From NCBI GenBank assembly GCA_021817415.1, contig JAKAUZ010000003.1, positions 50,141 through 114,140 of the forward strand: 64,000 nucleotides of DNA. Reading direction: 5' to 3'. This stretch comes from Thermoplasmata archaeon (lineage in GTDB: Archaea; Thermoplasmatota; Thermoplasmata; Thermoplasmatales; GCA-001856825). Made by a program: the position numbers and the translations under genes. Below, one piece after another: positions 20,331 through 31,122 of this stretch. How positions within the stretch are numbered: position 1 is the first letter of the stretch; each line of letters starts with the position of its first letter. Under the pieces are notes generated by a model that worked only from the letters and a program-made list of their open reading frames with translations, had not been told where the DNA came from and searched no databases.

Positions 20331-23033
20331 TTAAGTATTGTACTGCACTGTGTAGAATATTATGAAAGATCCGCCAACTGCTGGATTATATGTTTGCGCG
20401 AGCCCGGCCGGGTTTATCTCGGTGCTGTAGGCAAATAGGCCAAGATTCTGGAACGTTCCCACATACAGGAACAGCTGCTGTGTTGCGATTACTTCTGCTT
20501 TGTAGTAAAGGTCGGTTGAAAGTGTGACATTGGTTGTTTCAGATGCATTAACCAGGAGATCCTGCATTTCCGTTACCAATGCAGCTTGAGATGCATTGAA
20601 TCCAGGGTTCTGTGCATAAAGTCCGTCTGGCAAAGAATAGCTTCCACCAGGTTCGTAGAACGGTGCGACAAAGTCAGAGGCATCAGGATAGTCATCTATC
20701 CATCCCAAGAAATACAGAGGCATCGGGTTGGCTCCAGCTGTAACAAGAGTATTTCCAACTATAGCTGCAAATGAAACATCCACTATTGTTGTAACTATCT
20801 GTCCATTGGATATTTGCGAAAGGTAACTCCCGTATTCTGAATACATTTGGTCCACTTCTGGAACTCCTTGACTGTTGAATAACGGTATGTACCATTTCTT
20901 GCTAGCATTTGCACCTGTCGCGAACTGGCTCTGTGACCAGTAGTATTTTGCCAGGGCGTAGTTTGTCGTTTCAGGATATTGCGTCGATATGTTTGATGGA
21001 TATTCAAGCATTCCTCTTGGAATCACACCAGTAATATTTTCCGCAAATGCTATTCCATCTGCAGACCATGCCTGGTCAATCCAGTACGAGTAGTTGAACG
21101 CATATGAGAATGCCTTCCTCACATTCAGGTCAGCGAAGAAGTAAGAAGGAATGTTGGCTTGTTTGTCATAACCCTGCATTCCTGTAACGTTTACCTGCAT
21201 GTTGAAATAAAGACTGAATACTGAGAGTTGCGCTACAGAAGTTGTGGACACGATTCCTTGGTTGACCAGATTGAGAAGCGCTGCAGTGTCTGAAACAGGA
21301 TATGCGCCTTCAGCAAACTGGGCAGATCCGGTGGCAAAGGCCTGTTGAGCTGTCGCCTCGTTAGTAAGATATTCTATAACAACCTCTGGTACCAGTGCCG
21401 ATGGTGCAAGCAGTCCTGGAGTCTGCTGGTAATACGGATTTTTCATGAATATTATTTCCTGGTTAGGTTCAAACAGTTTCAGTTCGTATGGTCCAGTACC
21501 AATCATGTTGAATTCCATATATTGATTCCAGTAACCTTCTACTCCAGGTCCGCTGGTAGTGTTCGCAAACTGAGCATAAGACGCACTTGTGTTCTGGGGT
21601 GCTGCTCCGTTAGCTTTAAGGACGTTATAGTCCATTATCCTGCCGATCGTTGGGCCAGAAATAAGCTGCAGGAAATAAGTTCCCGCACCGAAATTCTGGA
21701 CTGGCAGTCCCGGACTCATTGAGTTGTTCTCAGGAATGGTTGGCAAAAGATGGAATGTCACGCTCTGAGTAGCATTGTTCCAAGTGACTGCATGATGTAC
21801 CCAGTAGAAACTGTTATTGAATGGTCCGTATAGAGAATATCCGGGCAGGACAGCATGAGCCAGTAACCATCCAGGAGATCCAGCATCATTAGCGAATAGG
21901 AGCGCTCTTGCCATTGACACATAAACGTCGTAGGCATTCACGCTATCGCCGTTCGAGAATTTGAGCGACGTATTGATATAGAATGTGTAATTCAGTGCTC
22001 CGCTCGTTTGATTTCCAGTTATTCCACCGTTCTGGAAGGTAGGAACGTTCTTTGCAATGACAGGATTGTACAAAGCGGTCGAAATTCCTGAATAGTAAAC
22101 GAGCGGTTGATAGACTTCGTAAATTGCCTCATAAGACACTGTATCGTACGCTATTGATGGATCGAAAGTTCTAGGCCCTCCCGGAATCCAGGTTGCATCC
22201 AGAATCTCGTTCTTGTTCGGAGATATTTTTGTAGTGACCTTTTTGACCTGATAATTTCCAGCTGCAATAGTCACAATGTACTGACCACTAGCCGTTTGTC
22301 CATTATATGCAGACGTAACGGTCAGGGTAACATAGTGAATTCCTGCACTGAAAGTTTCGTTTATGGTCGCTGTCGTGTTGCTGACGCTGAGAGAGGTATT
22401 GTCCACACTCCATTCATATCCAGTTATCAGATAGTTCGTATCCCCAGGTACTGGCGATCCAACTCCTATGGGAACAGCTGCCTGTGTACCACCGAATGTC
22501 ATGTTTACCCATCCGCCGGCTGCGATTGTCTGATTGACGTTATTTGCAGAGTTTGCCATTATTTCGATAGGACCATATACAGCAGCTATGTTTGCATCTG
22601 GGCCGGTTGTAACCGTAACAGGTATCAAGGTTTGATTGGAGTTGACTACTCCACCAGTCGAGTTATAAGCGGTTACAGATACCAGGTAGTTACCAGGAGT
22701 GTTGTAGGTGTACGTTACTTGTCCTGTGCCGCCCGTAGTATTCTGGCTAACTCCATTACCAAAGTTCCAAACGACTTTAGTAAACGAAGATCCGCTGGGT
22801 ATTCCTGGCGAGAATGTTATAGGAGCCCCGCTGGTTGTGTATATAGCAGTTGCTGAAGGGCTGACTGAAAGTGGTCCGTTTTTATGAGTAGGGGTCGGTG
22901 TCGTAGGTCGTGTAGCAATGTAGGCAATAGCTGATACTATCACCACTATTATTATTATCACAGCTATCCACTTTACAGCAGAAGATTTCTTCTGCGGTTG
23001 CGGGCTCTGTGATGAATTTTCGGTCTGTGTCAT
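20331..23033 (-). CDS. oppA: Oligopeptide ABC substrate-binding protein with N-terminal TM anchor and PKD domain(s)
   Basis: Start moved to ATG 23033 (MTQTEN); TM helix, PKD motif WNFGNG..YNTPGNY, family-5 SBP motifs FSNGD, GTGPY and GWIDDYPD. Confidence 0.88.
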   Translation of the reverse strand: MTQTENSSQSPQPQKKSSAVKWIAVIIIIVVIVSAIAYIATRPTTPTPTHKNGPLSVSPSATAIYTTSGAPITFSPGIPSGSSFTKVVWNFGNGVSQNTTGGTGQVTYTYNTPGNYLVSVTAYNSTGGVVNSNQTLIPVTVTTGPDANIAAVYGPIEIMANSANNVNQTIAAGGWVNMTFGGTQAAVPIGVGSPVPGDTNYLITGYEWSVDNTSLSVSNTTATINETFSAGIHYVTLTVTSAYNGQTASGQYIVTIAAGNYQVKKVTTKISPNKNEILDATWIPGGPRTFDPSIAYDTVSYEAIYEVYQPLVYYSGISTALYNPVIAKNVPTFQNGGITGNQTSGALNYTFYINTSLKFSNGDSVNAYDVYVSMARALLFANDAGSPGWLLAHAVLPGYSLYGPFNNSFYWVHHAVTWNNATQSVTFHLLPTIPENNSMSPGLPVQNFGAGTYFLQLISGPTIGRIMDYNVLKANGAAPQNTSASYAQFANTTSGPGVEGYWNQYMEFNMIGTGPYELKLFEPNQEIIFMKNPYYQQTPGLLAPSALVPEVVIEYLTNEATAQQAFATGSAQFAEGAYPVSDTAALLNLVNQGIVSTTSVAQLSVFSLYFNMQVNVTGMQGYDKQANIPSYFFADLNVRKAFSYAFNYSYWIDQAWSADGIAFAENITGVIPRGMLEYPSNISTQYPETTNYALAKYYWSQSQFATGANASKKWYIPLFNSQGVPEVDQMYSEYGSYLSQISNGQIVTTIVDVSFAAIVGNTLVTAGANPMPLYFLGWIDDYPDASDFVAPFYEPGGSYSLPDGLYAQNPGFNASQAALVTEMQDLLVNASETTNVTLSTDLYYKAEVIATQQLFLYVGTFQNLGLFAYSTEINPAGLAQTYNPAVGGSFIIFYTVQYNT

Positions 23034-23179
23034 AAAACCACACCACTTCAAACAAAGTTTATACTTAAATGTTTCCGATTTTAATGCTGTGTTTAATGAA
23101 TAGCTAAGTCGTTTTTGTCCCAAGTTCTTCTTCTCTTCCCTCTTGGGTACAACTCCCCGCCCCAGTACACGTGTACCCC

Positions 23180-23388
23180 TCCTCTTAGCTTTCATCCTTA
23201 TAATGAACTGCCCCTATGGAATACCTGATGTACTTCATTCCATCCAGGAAACCCTCCTTCCTGGATACGTATCTCCCGTAATGGGAATAGCTGAAGCACC
23301 CGTGGAAGTCCATACAGAACTTGGGCGCCTCTCCCCTACTCCCTCTCTTTTACTCTATCGAGAAAGAAATCAGTGTCTTGGTCATCAT
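23180..23388 (-). pseudogene. Decayed small archaeal hypothetical gene
   Basis: MMTKTLISFSIE*KRGS..KFCMDFHG..SYSHYGRYVSRKEGFLDGMKYIRYSIGAV/IIR, with an internal TAA and a frameshift. Confidence 0.4.
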
Positions 23389-23389
23389 T

Positions 23390-23606
23390 GAGATATCCAT
23401 GGGTATTCACTGGAAATGTGAATCTTCAATAATGTCTCATGATGGAGACATGCATGATGCCACGCTCTCCCTCTCCCCGATGTCTATACCCAACATATGG
23501 TTGTTCATGTCTCCATTATTCACTTTCCTTCTCTTCATTCTTTTCCACCTCCATAGCGACACTGAGAATAGATTATAGTGCCGCTTGAATGAAAAGCTGG
23601 CATTCA
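23390..23606 (-). mobile_element. IS110-family transposase 5' relic with upstream structured left end
   Basis: RBS GGAGGTGG, ATG 23538, MKRRK..MLGIDIGERESVASCMSPS*DIIE/RFTFPVNTHGY (GID motif of the DEDD RuvC-like domain), one stop and one frameshift; stem-loops at 23556-23606. Confidence 0.7.
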
Positions 23607-23616
23607 GGGGTATTTA

Positions 23617-23913
23617 CTACTCAAAGTTTAAAAATAATTTCCTATAAAGAATAATTTCTATATACATAAGTACTGGGATTGAGATCAAAGACGCAAGAAA
23701 CTCGTAGTACGAAAATCTACTTCCTACAAGCTCGTAATTTTCCAGGTATTGTACAGGTATCCCCAAATCAATTAGAAGTGAAAAGAATACGTACCAGTAT
23801 CTCAGTAATACGAATCTTGCCCATTTACTCCAGCTTAAGCCGGGGTCCCTTACAAGTTTCTTCCTTTCTTCTTCACTTAGCTTCATTTGCCTTTTCTGAT
23901 GATTCTCTTGCAA
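23617..23913 (-). CDS. Small two-TM membrane protein at the end of the opp operon
   Basis: Two hydrophobic helices; overlaps the oppF end. Confidence 0.6.
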   Translation of the reverse strand: MQENHQKRQMKLSEEERKKLVRDPGLSWSKWARFVLLRYWYVFFSLLIDLGIPVQYLENYELVGSRFSYYEFLASLISIPVLMYIEIILYRKLFLNFE

Positions 23914-25147
23914 TTACTGTTGAGTCAACTGCATCATATGCGGTCTTCTTGATACCGTAAAGTTTGGATTCAGATTTGAGAATGTCCTCTGCGTAATGGC
24001 ATGCAACAAAATGTCCCTGCCTAACCTCCTTAAATAAAGGTTCCTCTTCGCTGCACAACTTAGTCGCAAATCTGCATCTTGTATGGAATCTGCAGCCGGA
24101 TGGTGGATTCGCAGGGGAAGGGACATCTCCAGACAGCACTATTCTGTTTCTCTTCAGCTTCGGATCAGGTATAGGTATCGCCGTAAGCAGTGCCTGGCTG
24201 TAGGGATGTATCGGGAATTCGAACAATTCATCAGTTTGCGCCTGCTCAACTATCTTCCCTAGATACATTACCGCAACTCTGTCGCTCATAAGTCTCACTA
24301 CCGCAAGATTGTGAGATATGAATAGATAAGTCATTCCATACTTCTTCTGCATATCTTTCAAAAGATTTAGAATCTGCGCCTGAACAGAAACATCAAGAGC
24401 AGAGGAAGGCTCGTCAAGGACTATAAAGCTAGGCCTTGTTATGATTGCCCTCGCAAATGCTATTCTCTGTCTCTGACCTCCACTAAATTCGTGTGGGAAT
24501 CTATACATGTGATCCTCATTAAGTCCAAGTTCAGTGATTAGGTCCAGAACCATTTTTCTTCTTATTTCTCTTATAGATTCGGATTTCACATTTTGAGAAT
24601 TTACGGAGGTTCCTTGGCTCGTTCCTTCTCCTTTAGCCATCTCACTCCTTTTTGGCAACCTATTGACAATGAGAGGTTCTGCCACAATGTCTTTAATAAG
24701 CATTCTTGGATCAAGCGACGAAATTGGGTCTTGAAAAACGATTTGAACAGTCCTTCTGAACTCTTTCTTCTTTTTTCCTTTTGTCCTGTATACGTCTCTG
24801 ACATTGTACTTCTTAAGAAGTTCCTTTTCCATTTTCCTCATTTCAGCAATATTTTGAGTCTTTATGTTGTCATATTCACGTTGCAGTTCGTCCCACGGGA
24901 CAGTTTGTGAGTTAGTATCCAGCGCTTTTCCATCATTGAATACCAATGTCCCGCTTGTATGACCTATCAAGTCTATCAAAATTCTGCCTAGGGTAGTCTT
25001 TCCACATCCGGATTCACCCACCAGTCCAAGGGTTTCCCCTCTGTAAATGGTAATATTCACTCCATCTACAGCATACACGTATCCCTTGGTCGTTCCCATC
25101 ACTCCTCCCTTTATAGGGAAATACTTCCTCAGGCCAATTCCTCTCAT
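23873..25147 (-). CDS. oppF: Oligopeptide ABC ATPase OppF
   Basis: [27 protein letters not shown]. Confidence 0.93.
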   Translation of the reverse strand: MRGIGLRKYFPIKGGVMGTTKGYVYAVDGVNITIYRGETLGLVGESGCGKTTLGRILIDLIGHTSGTLVFNDGKALDTNSQTVPWDELQREYDNIKTQNIAEMRKMEKELLKKYNVRDVYRTKGKKKKEFRRTVQIVFQDPISSLDPRMLIKDIVAEPLIVNRLPKRSEMAKGEGTSQGTSVNSQNVKSESIREIRRKMVLDLITELGLNEDHMYRFPHEFSGGQRQRIAFARAIITRPSFIVLDEPSSALDVSVQAQILNLLKDMQKKYGMTYLFISHNLAVVRLMSDRVAVMYLGKIVEQAQTDELFEFPIHPYSQALLTAIPIPDPKLKRNRIVLSGDVPSPANPPSGCRFHTRCRFATKLCSEEEPLFKEVRQGHFVACHYAEDILKSESKLYGIKKTAYDAVDSTVIARESSEKANEAK

Positions 25148-25157
25148 CAGTATATCA

Positions 25158-26687
25158 CTAATAATCAGTCACCTCTGTTCCATTGAATAGATGGCAAGCT
25201 ACAATGTGATTTGGTGATACTTCAACGTGAATAGGTACATCTGTCCTGCATTTATCAAAGGCAAACGGGCACCTAGGGTGGAAACGGCAGCCAGATGGTG
25301 GCGAAATTAGATTCGGCACAGTGCCAGAAATACTCTTAAGTTTCTTATCTGGGTTATCAATTCTGGGTATTGAAGAAAGAAGACCAATGGTGTATGGATG
25401 TTTTGGATTATGGAATATTTCGTCCGCAGTTCCTAATTCTGCAATGTTCCCGGCATACATTACTGCAACTCTATCGCACATTTCTGCAATAACACCTAAA
25501 TCGTGTGTGATCAGAAGTATCGAGGTCCCTTTCTCTCTCTGAAGCTGCCTCATTATTCCCAGGATTTGAGCTTGAACTGTCACATCCAACGCAGTCGTTG
25601 GCTCGTCAGCGATAAGTATCTCTGGATCATTCGCCAGCGCTATGGATATAACAACTCTTTGAAGCATCCCTCCACTCAATTCGTGTGGGTATCTCTTGAG
25701 AATGCCGTAGGCATCTGCTATGTTAACGGTTTCAAGGAGTTTCAAAGCCTCTCTTCTGGCCTCTACAATTACAGCATCTTTCTTATTTCTTTTCAGCTGT
25801 TTGGACAGTTTTACTAAATTCACTTTTTTGGAATATTTCACAAGCTCCTTTTCCATTGCAATTGCCTTGTTTTCATCCGTCTCTAGCAATAACTGTTCTC
25901 TAATCCTGTTTATTTCTTCGTCTTTAGACATCATCACATCATATTTTTCTGCCTTACTTCCGTAAATGGATCCTGCGGAAATCAACAGTTCTAGGTGTTT
26001 TGAAAGTGATTCAATTCCTTTGTTGGAATTTGAAATTCGGATGAGCTCCTCCTTTATCAACCCCTCTGGGAATGACTCATTAATCTGGTCCCTGTAATCC
26101 AGTAGGTCCTTCGACTCCTCTTTGCTGATTGTATTCCGGACATCTTCATAAAGTTTCTTTAAATGATCAAGATCCCGGTGGGCATTTTTTGAGACATTCA
26201 AAAGATTCCACCTGCTGTGAAGAACGACCGTCTCGATTATCTGGTCCTCAACAGTATATACAGGATTCAAGGCAGCCATTGGCTCTTGAAAAATCATTGA
26301 TATGCTTTTTCCTCTTATCTGGTTGTAGAACAATTCATCTCTCTTTATACGCCTCTCATACCTTTTTACCCTTGGTCGTTTTCTATTTAATCTGATCGAT
26401 ACCTCTTTTTCGTTATTTTTCAGCAAATTCAGATTCCTAAGCAATATCTCTCCACTGACAACCCTTCCAGGAGGGTCTTGGATCAATTTCGTGATGGAGA
26501 ACGCAGTTACAGATTTCCCGCAACCAGTCTCTCCCACCAGCCCAAGAACCTCTCCCTTATGCAGCGTAAATGTAACATCTTCTAATGCTTTCACTACTCC
26601 ATCATATATGAAGAACTGCGTTTTGAGATGTTTCACTTTCAAGACTTCCTCAGTTTTTCCAGCTCCCTTTTCTAATACTTCCTGCAT
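25158..26687 (-). CDS. oppD: Oligopeptide ABC ATPase OppD with a large helical insertion
   Basis: [35 protein letters not shown]. Confidence 0.93.
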   Translation of the reverse strand: MQEVLEKGAGKTEEVLKVKHLKTQFFIYDGVVKALEDVTFTLHKGEVLGLVGETGCGKSVTAFSITKLIQDPPGRVVSGEILLRNLNLLKNNEKEVSIRLNRKRPRVKRYERRIKRDELFYNQIRGKSISMIFQEPMAALNPVYTVEDQIIETVVLHSRWNLLNVSKNAHRDLDHLKKLYEDVRNTISKEESKDLLDYRDQINESFPEGLIKEELIRISNSNKGIESLSKHLELLISAGSIYGSKAEKYDVMMSKDEEINRIREQLLLETDENKAIAMEKELVKYSKKVNLVKLSKQLKRNKKDAVIVEARREALKLLETVNIADAYGILKRYPHELSGGMLQRVVISIALANDPEILIADEPTTALDVTVQAQILGIMRQLQREKGTSILLITHDLGVIAEMCDRVAVMYAGNIAELGTADEIFHNPKHPYTIGLLSSIPRIDNPDKKLKSISGTVPNLISPPSGCRFHPRCPFAFDKCRTDVPIHVEVSPNHIVACHLFNGTEVTDY

Positions 26688-26693
26688 GCTAAT

Positions 26694-27635
26694 CTATCTC
26701 CTTAGTTTGGGATCAAGCACATCTCTGAGCCCGTCGCCTAGGAAATTCAAAGCAAGGACGAATAACAGTATGGTGAACCCTGGAATCAAGAGTGTCCACG
26801 AGTAATGGAATACTGCGTTAGTACCCTCTAAGGTTGCCAAGTTCATTATGCTTCCCCATTCGGCAAGTGCATAATTTGCATATCCGAAACCAAGCCAATT
26901 TAGAGTTGCAAATCCAATTATTACGTTGCCGAAATCAAGTGATCCTTGAACGAAAAGAGGATAAATTGAGTTTGGTAGAATATGTCTTCCAATTACCCTT
27001 AATGATCCAGCTCCTGCAGCCCTAGATGCCTCAACGTAATTTAGTTCCCTTACAGTCAGCACTTGTCCTCTAATAATTCTGGTGTAAGTTGGCCACCACA
27101 CGATTACGAAGGCAGCAACCATGATTGTCAGCGTCCTTCCGAGGATTGCCAGCATTGCTATTGCAAGCACCAGAAATGGAATAGAGAGAAATATATCGGT
27201 AACTCTCATAATTATATCATCAACGACTCCACCGGTATAGCCTGCGAGTGCACCTAATGCAATGCCAATAATTGCTCCTATCAGAATGATTACGGCCGAA
27301 ATCATTAAATCGGTTCTAGCACCTTTCACTATCCCGTTTAACAGGTCATATCCTCCAAACGTTAATCCAAATGGAAATCTCAGAGAGGGGGGGAGCGGAT
27401 TGGTGTAAACGTTTCTTCCATTGATAATGAGGTATTGTTTCATCGTATTTGGGTCCCCTCCAACGATAATTGGGCCAAAGATTGCTACAAGCAAATAGAA
27501 TAATGCGACTGCCAAGCCGAAGACCGCTAAAGGGTTCCTCGTGAGGAAGTAGAAAGAACGTATAAACGACTCCATTCTTGTCCTTAAGCTCCTCCTGAAG
27601 GAGCTTTCAATTCTAACAGGTTGGTTTTCACTCAT
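26694..27635 (-). CDS. oppC: Oligopeptide ABC permease OppC
   Basis: EAA loop YVEASRAAGA, HILPN, NFLGDGLRDVLDP. Confidence 0.93.
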   Translation of the reverse strand: MSENQPVRIESSFRRSLRTRMESFIRSFYFLTRNPLAVFGLAVALFYLLVAIFGPIIVGGDPNTMKQYLIINGRNVYTNPLPPSLRFPFGLTFGGYDLLNGIVKGARTDLMISAVIILIGAIIGIALGALAGYTGGVVDDIIMRVTDIFLSIPFLVLAIAMLAILGRTLTIMVAAFVIVWWPTYTRIIRGQVLTVRELNYVEASRAAGAGSLRVIGRHILPNSIYPLFVQGSLDFGNVIIGFATLNWLGFGYANYALAEWGSIMNLATLEGTNAVFHYSWTLLIPGFTILLFVLALNFLGDGLRDVLDPKLRR

Positions 27636-28732
27636 TCTAATCTCACCCTTGGATCCAAATAGGCGTACAGAATATCAACTATCAGATTGGCGCATACTAT
27701 GATGATTGCAAAAATGAATGTTGTCGCAACTATGGAAGTGAGATCGTCTGTTACAGCGGCCTGATAAAGCCAGGACCCCATCCCTGGCCACCCAAAGATA
27801 TTCTCTACTACCACAACTCCACCTAGGAGTCCTGCAAAAAATAGCCCCATGATTGTTGTTGTTGGACCGTATGAATTTCTTCTTGCGTGCTTTTTAATCA
27901 CATAGTTTAATGGAATTCCTTTTGATTTTGCCGTCCTAACATAGTCCTGACCAAGTGCCTCTAACATGCTTGATCTCATGAATCTCACGAAGTAACCAAA
28001 ACTTGTCAGTCCAACAACTAACGCAGGATAAAACACCTGCTTCAGCCCATCAAGAAAAGCTGGGATGTCCCCATATAACAGAGTGTCAATTAGTAAAAAT
28101 CCTGTAGGCCTGGTCAGTCCAGAATAAACACCAGTCATGACCCAGGGTTGAGTCGCACCCGTTGCCGTGAAACCATATTTTGACCAATCTACCTGCCCCA
28201 CTCCGTTATCTTGAAGTATATGTGGGAATATACTGATTCCTGGAGTCAGAGCTAATAAAACCAAGTACCCGAACCAGAATGTCGGTATAGAAACAAAGAA
28301 AAGCGCTATTAATCTCGTGATATGATCAGCAGGCTTGTCTTTTTTGACTGCGCTCAACACACCTACCGGAATAGCCAGAGAAATGGTTATGACTGTTGCT
28401 ATAAGGGCTAGCTCCGCCGTCGGCGGGAATCTCATCTCAAATACGCTAACCACCGATCTCCCTGCCCCTAGTACATCACCCGGGGCAGTGAATCCCCAGT
28501 TACCAGAAAAAAGGATGCCTACGTAGTAAAAATACTGAACGTAGAAAGGTCCATTTAGATGAAGTTCCTTACGAACATTATCTATAGCCACTTGATTATG
28601 GACTTTCCCTAAGTACTGACTTATCAATAGGTTAATGTTGACGTGGGACAAAGCAAATGTAATTGCTATGACTCCTAACAAAACCGGAATCATAAGGAGT
28701 AGACGTCTTATTATGTAGACATATAACTTCAA
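27632..28732 (-). CDS. oppB: Oligopeptide ABC permease OppB
   Basis: YIIRRLL, DYVRTAKSKG, VENIFGWPG, YAYLDPRVR. Confidence 0.93.
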   Translation of the reverse strand: MKLYVYIIRRLLLMIPVLLGVIAITFALSHVNINLLISQYLGKVHNQVAIDNVRKELHLNGPFYVQYFYYVGILFSGNWGFTAPGDVLGAGRSVVSVFEMRFPPTAELALIATVITISLAIPVGVLSAVKKDKPADHITRLIALFFVSIPTFWFGYLVLLALTPGISIFPHILQDNGVGQVDWSKYGFTATGATQPWVMTGVYSGLTRPTGFLLIDTLLYGDIPAFLDGLKQVFYPALVVGLTSFGYFVRFMRSSMLEALGQDYVRTAKSKGIPLNYVIKKHARRNSYGPTTTIMGLFFAGLLGGVVVVENIFGWPGMGSWLYQAAVTDDLTSIVATTFIFAIIIVCANLIVDILYAYLDPRVRLE

Positions 28733-28893
28733 ACAATCATCACCGGTGTCTCTTAATGATATTCTCCTTAATAAATTTAGGCTATGAAGTTATATACAAA
28801 ATGGCTATTTTTATATTTGTTCACTCATTATTTCACCCTTGAATTCAAAAAATTGAATTTTTTATTTGCTTATATTTAATAATATGAAATAAT

Positions 28894-29820
28894 TTATAAG
28901 ACCAGATCACCAATTGTTTTCGGGAAGAGAGTTGTATCTGTTATATCACTGAGTCCCCTTATGAACCTTACCAGCCTTTCAATGCCTATTCCAAATCCTG
29001 CAGAAGGCTTCAGACCTATCTTGGAAGCCTCAAGCAAGATGGAGAATTCAGATTCGTTCTGACCCTTCTTCCTTATCCTTTCACAGATTCTTTCATATTC
29101 GTATTCCCTTTCGCCTCCACTGACAGCCTCTCCGTAGCCGTATGGGTATACTAGATCCATGTCCCGCAGAATACCAGATCCAGCGGCAGTTTCCTTGTCA
29201 TAGAATTCCCGCGAATCAAGAGGTATATCAATGATCCAAAATGGTTCCTTCGCTTCGTTGCTCAGTGCAGATTCAAAATCATCTCCATATTCTTCCTTTG
29301 CATCTAGGAACTTTATTTTCCTGAATGGTTTTTTGAATTTAGCAAGTTTGGGATTCAGGAATTCAGGCTCTACGTGCTCCCCCACGTCTTCAACCACCTT
29401 ATTGATCATATCTTCAGCAAGGTCCATAACGTCTTCTCTCCTTGCATTTCTAACCTCAAGGTCAAGTTGCGTGAATTCAGCCAAGTGGCGACCAGTAACT
29501 CTTCTCTCAAGCGGTTCTATCCTAATATTTGGCGAAAAAGAATATATCCTCTCAAAATAGATCATGGCTAGTTGTTTGTGAAATATCATAGACTTAGTCA
29601 GCCTGTATGGGTTCCCGTAATAATCTATGACTGGGTCTTTAACCGGGTGGTTCAGAGGATCTGATATGGGGGAAATAATCACTGGGTTTATCTCAATAAA
29701 ATTCTTGAGGTCGAGGAATTTTTTCAAGGATCCTCGCACTATTGTATTTACCCTGAGAGACGCCTCAATCACCTTCTTGTTCCTGCTTAGATAGTACCGT
29801 ACTGGATCAGCACTTAGCAT
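28894..29820 (-). CDS. asnA: Archaeal asparagine synthetase A (AspRS/AsnRS-like catalytic core)
   Basis: LTKSMIFHKQ, SPNIRIE, RHLAEFTQLDLE, SGGERE, AGFGIGIERL; no anticodon-binding domain. Confidence 0.9.
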   Translation of the reverse strand: MLSADPVRYYLSRNKKVIEASLRVNTIVRGSLKKFLDLKNFIEINPVIISPISDPLNHPVKDPVIDYYGNPYRLTKSMIFHKQLAMIYFERIYSFSPNIRIEPLERRVTGRHLAEFTQLDLEVRNARREDVMDLAEDMINKVVEDVGEHVEPEFLNPKLAKFKKPFRKIKFLDAKEEYGDDFESALSNEAKEPFWIIDIPLDSREFYDKETAAGSGILRDMDLVYPYGYGEAVSGGEREYEYERICERIRKKGQNESEFSILLEASKIGLKPSAGFGIGIERLVRFIRGLSDITDTTLFPKTIGDLVL

Positions 29821-29915
29821 AAATTTAAGAAAGGAACGTAAAATATAGATTTTTATAAGTCAAATATTAACAAAAAGTAGCAAAATAGTTATATTGCATC
29901 TGATTATCAAACATT

Positions 29916-30359
29916 ATGAAGGACATTGATGAGGTTGATATTCAAATATTAAATTATCTACGGGAAAAGGGTAGAGAAAGAGTTACAACTATTGCAGATG
30001 ATTTAGGTATCAACAGGGTGACTGCCGCTGAAAGAATTGAAAAATTGGTTAAGAATCAAACAATAGATAGATTCACTGTCAAACTAAATTATGAGAAATT
30101 AGGGATAGATGTTTTGGCTTATGTCTTTATCTCATTCAAGAAGAACAATGAAATCACGCAGGAGGAACTATCGGAAAGAATTTCGAAGATAGATGGTGTA
30201 GAAGAAGTGCACATAATCGCAGGAGAATTTGACATACTTGTAAAAGTGAGATCAAGAAATTTGAAGGAACTTGGGGACAAGGTCATTACGAAAATCCGTG
30301 GATTTCCTGGAGTAGAAAATACTTTCTCACACTTAGTTTTCCAAACGGTGAAAGAATAG
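29916..30359 (+). CDS. Lrp/AsnC-family regulator
   Basis: N-terminal HTH and RAM domain (IAGEFDILVKV); divergent from asnA. Confidence 0.92.
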   Translation: MKDIDEVDIQILNYLREKGRERVTTIADDLGINRVTAAERIEKLVKNQTIDRFTVKLNYEKLGIDVLAYVFISFKKNNEITQEELSERISKIDGVEEVHIIAGEFDILVKVRSRNLKELGDKVITKIRGFPGVENTFSHLVFQTVKE

Positions 30360-30588
30360 TTTGTCTATCAAAATGGTTTATGATTTTTTAAATGCCAGGA
30401 AAGGAAATTTGGTGATTGATCCTTTCCCATTTAAAATTGGGATCTATTTAATCACAAATATTCAAAGGAAGGGTAGACAATAAAATTGTATTTTCAGAAT
30501 GAGATAATAAGTCAATCAAAACAGTGCCAACTTAAGTTTTCAAAGGGAAAATTATATTAATGTAGAATGAAATAACAGACGGATATCC

Positions 30589-31122
30589 ATGGCAAACCCG
30601 GGAGACTTATCAATTTTGGAACAGGTACAAGGTTATATTGCAACGCTGAAAAAGAGAGAAGAGGAGTTGAAGAAATACGAGTCTACGTTAAACCAGAAAA
30701 CTGAAGAATTAAACAAAAAAGATAAGTCATTGAGCGACTTGACGGAGTCTCTAAACAGAAGGCAGCGGGAACTTATAGCCAAAGAAGACGAAATGGATAA
30801 GCAAAAAAGAGAGATAGAACTGAAACTGAAAGATCTGGAGATGAAGGAAAGAGAACTTCAAGCATCACTCAAGAAGGCAAATGAACTCACCGAAGACAAT
30901 AATAAACTCAAGAGTCAGTTATCAGAAAGAATCACAAAAATGGACGTTGATGGAAAGAATATTGATATTTTAATACGTGATCTCAAAGACCACATAAAAA
31001 TGGTAATTGAAGGGAAGGAGATAGTGCGCGAGGAAATGATCCCGTGTCCAAATTGCGGCACGATGATCTCGAAAGATGCCCTCATATGCTACAACTGTGG
31101 ATTTGATCTCACGTCGAAGTGA
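30589..31122 (+). CDS. Coiled-coil protein with C-terminal zinc ribbon
   Basis: About 120-aa E/K/L heptads followed by CPNCG..CYNCG. Confidence 0.75.
   Translation: MANPGDLSILEQVQGYIATLKKREEELKKYESTLNQKTEELNKKDKSLSDLTESLNRRQRELIAKEDEMDKQKREIELKLKDLEMKERELQASLKKANELTEDNNKLKSQLSERITKMDVDGKNIDILIRDLKDHIKMVIEGKEIVREEMIPCPNCGTMISKDALICYNCGFDLTSK

Noticed and set aside
23034-23195. 54-aa N-terminal extension of OppA in the ORF track
   Set aside because: It runs through promoter and pseudogene debris; ATG 23033 has a GTGGTG RBS and precedes the TM anchor
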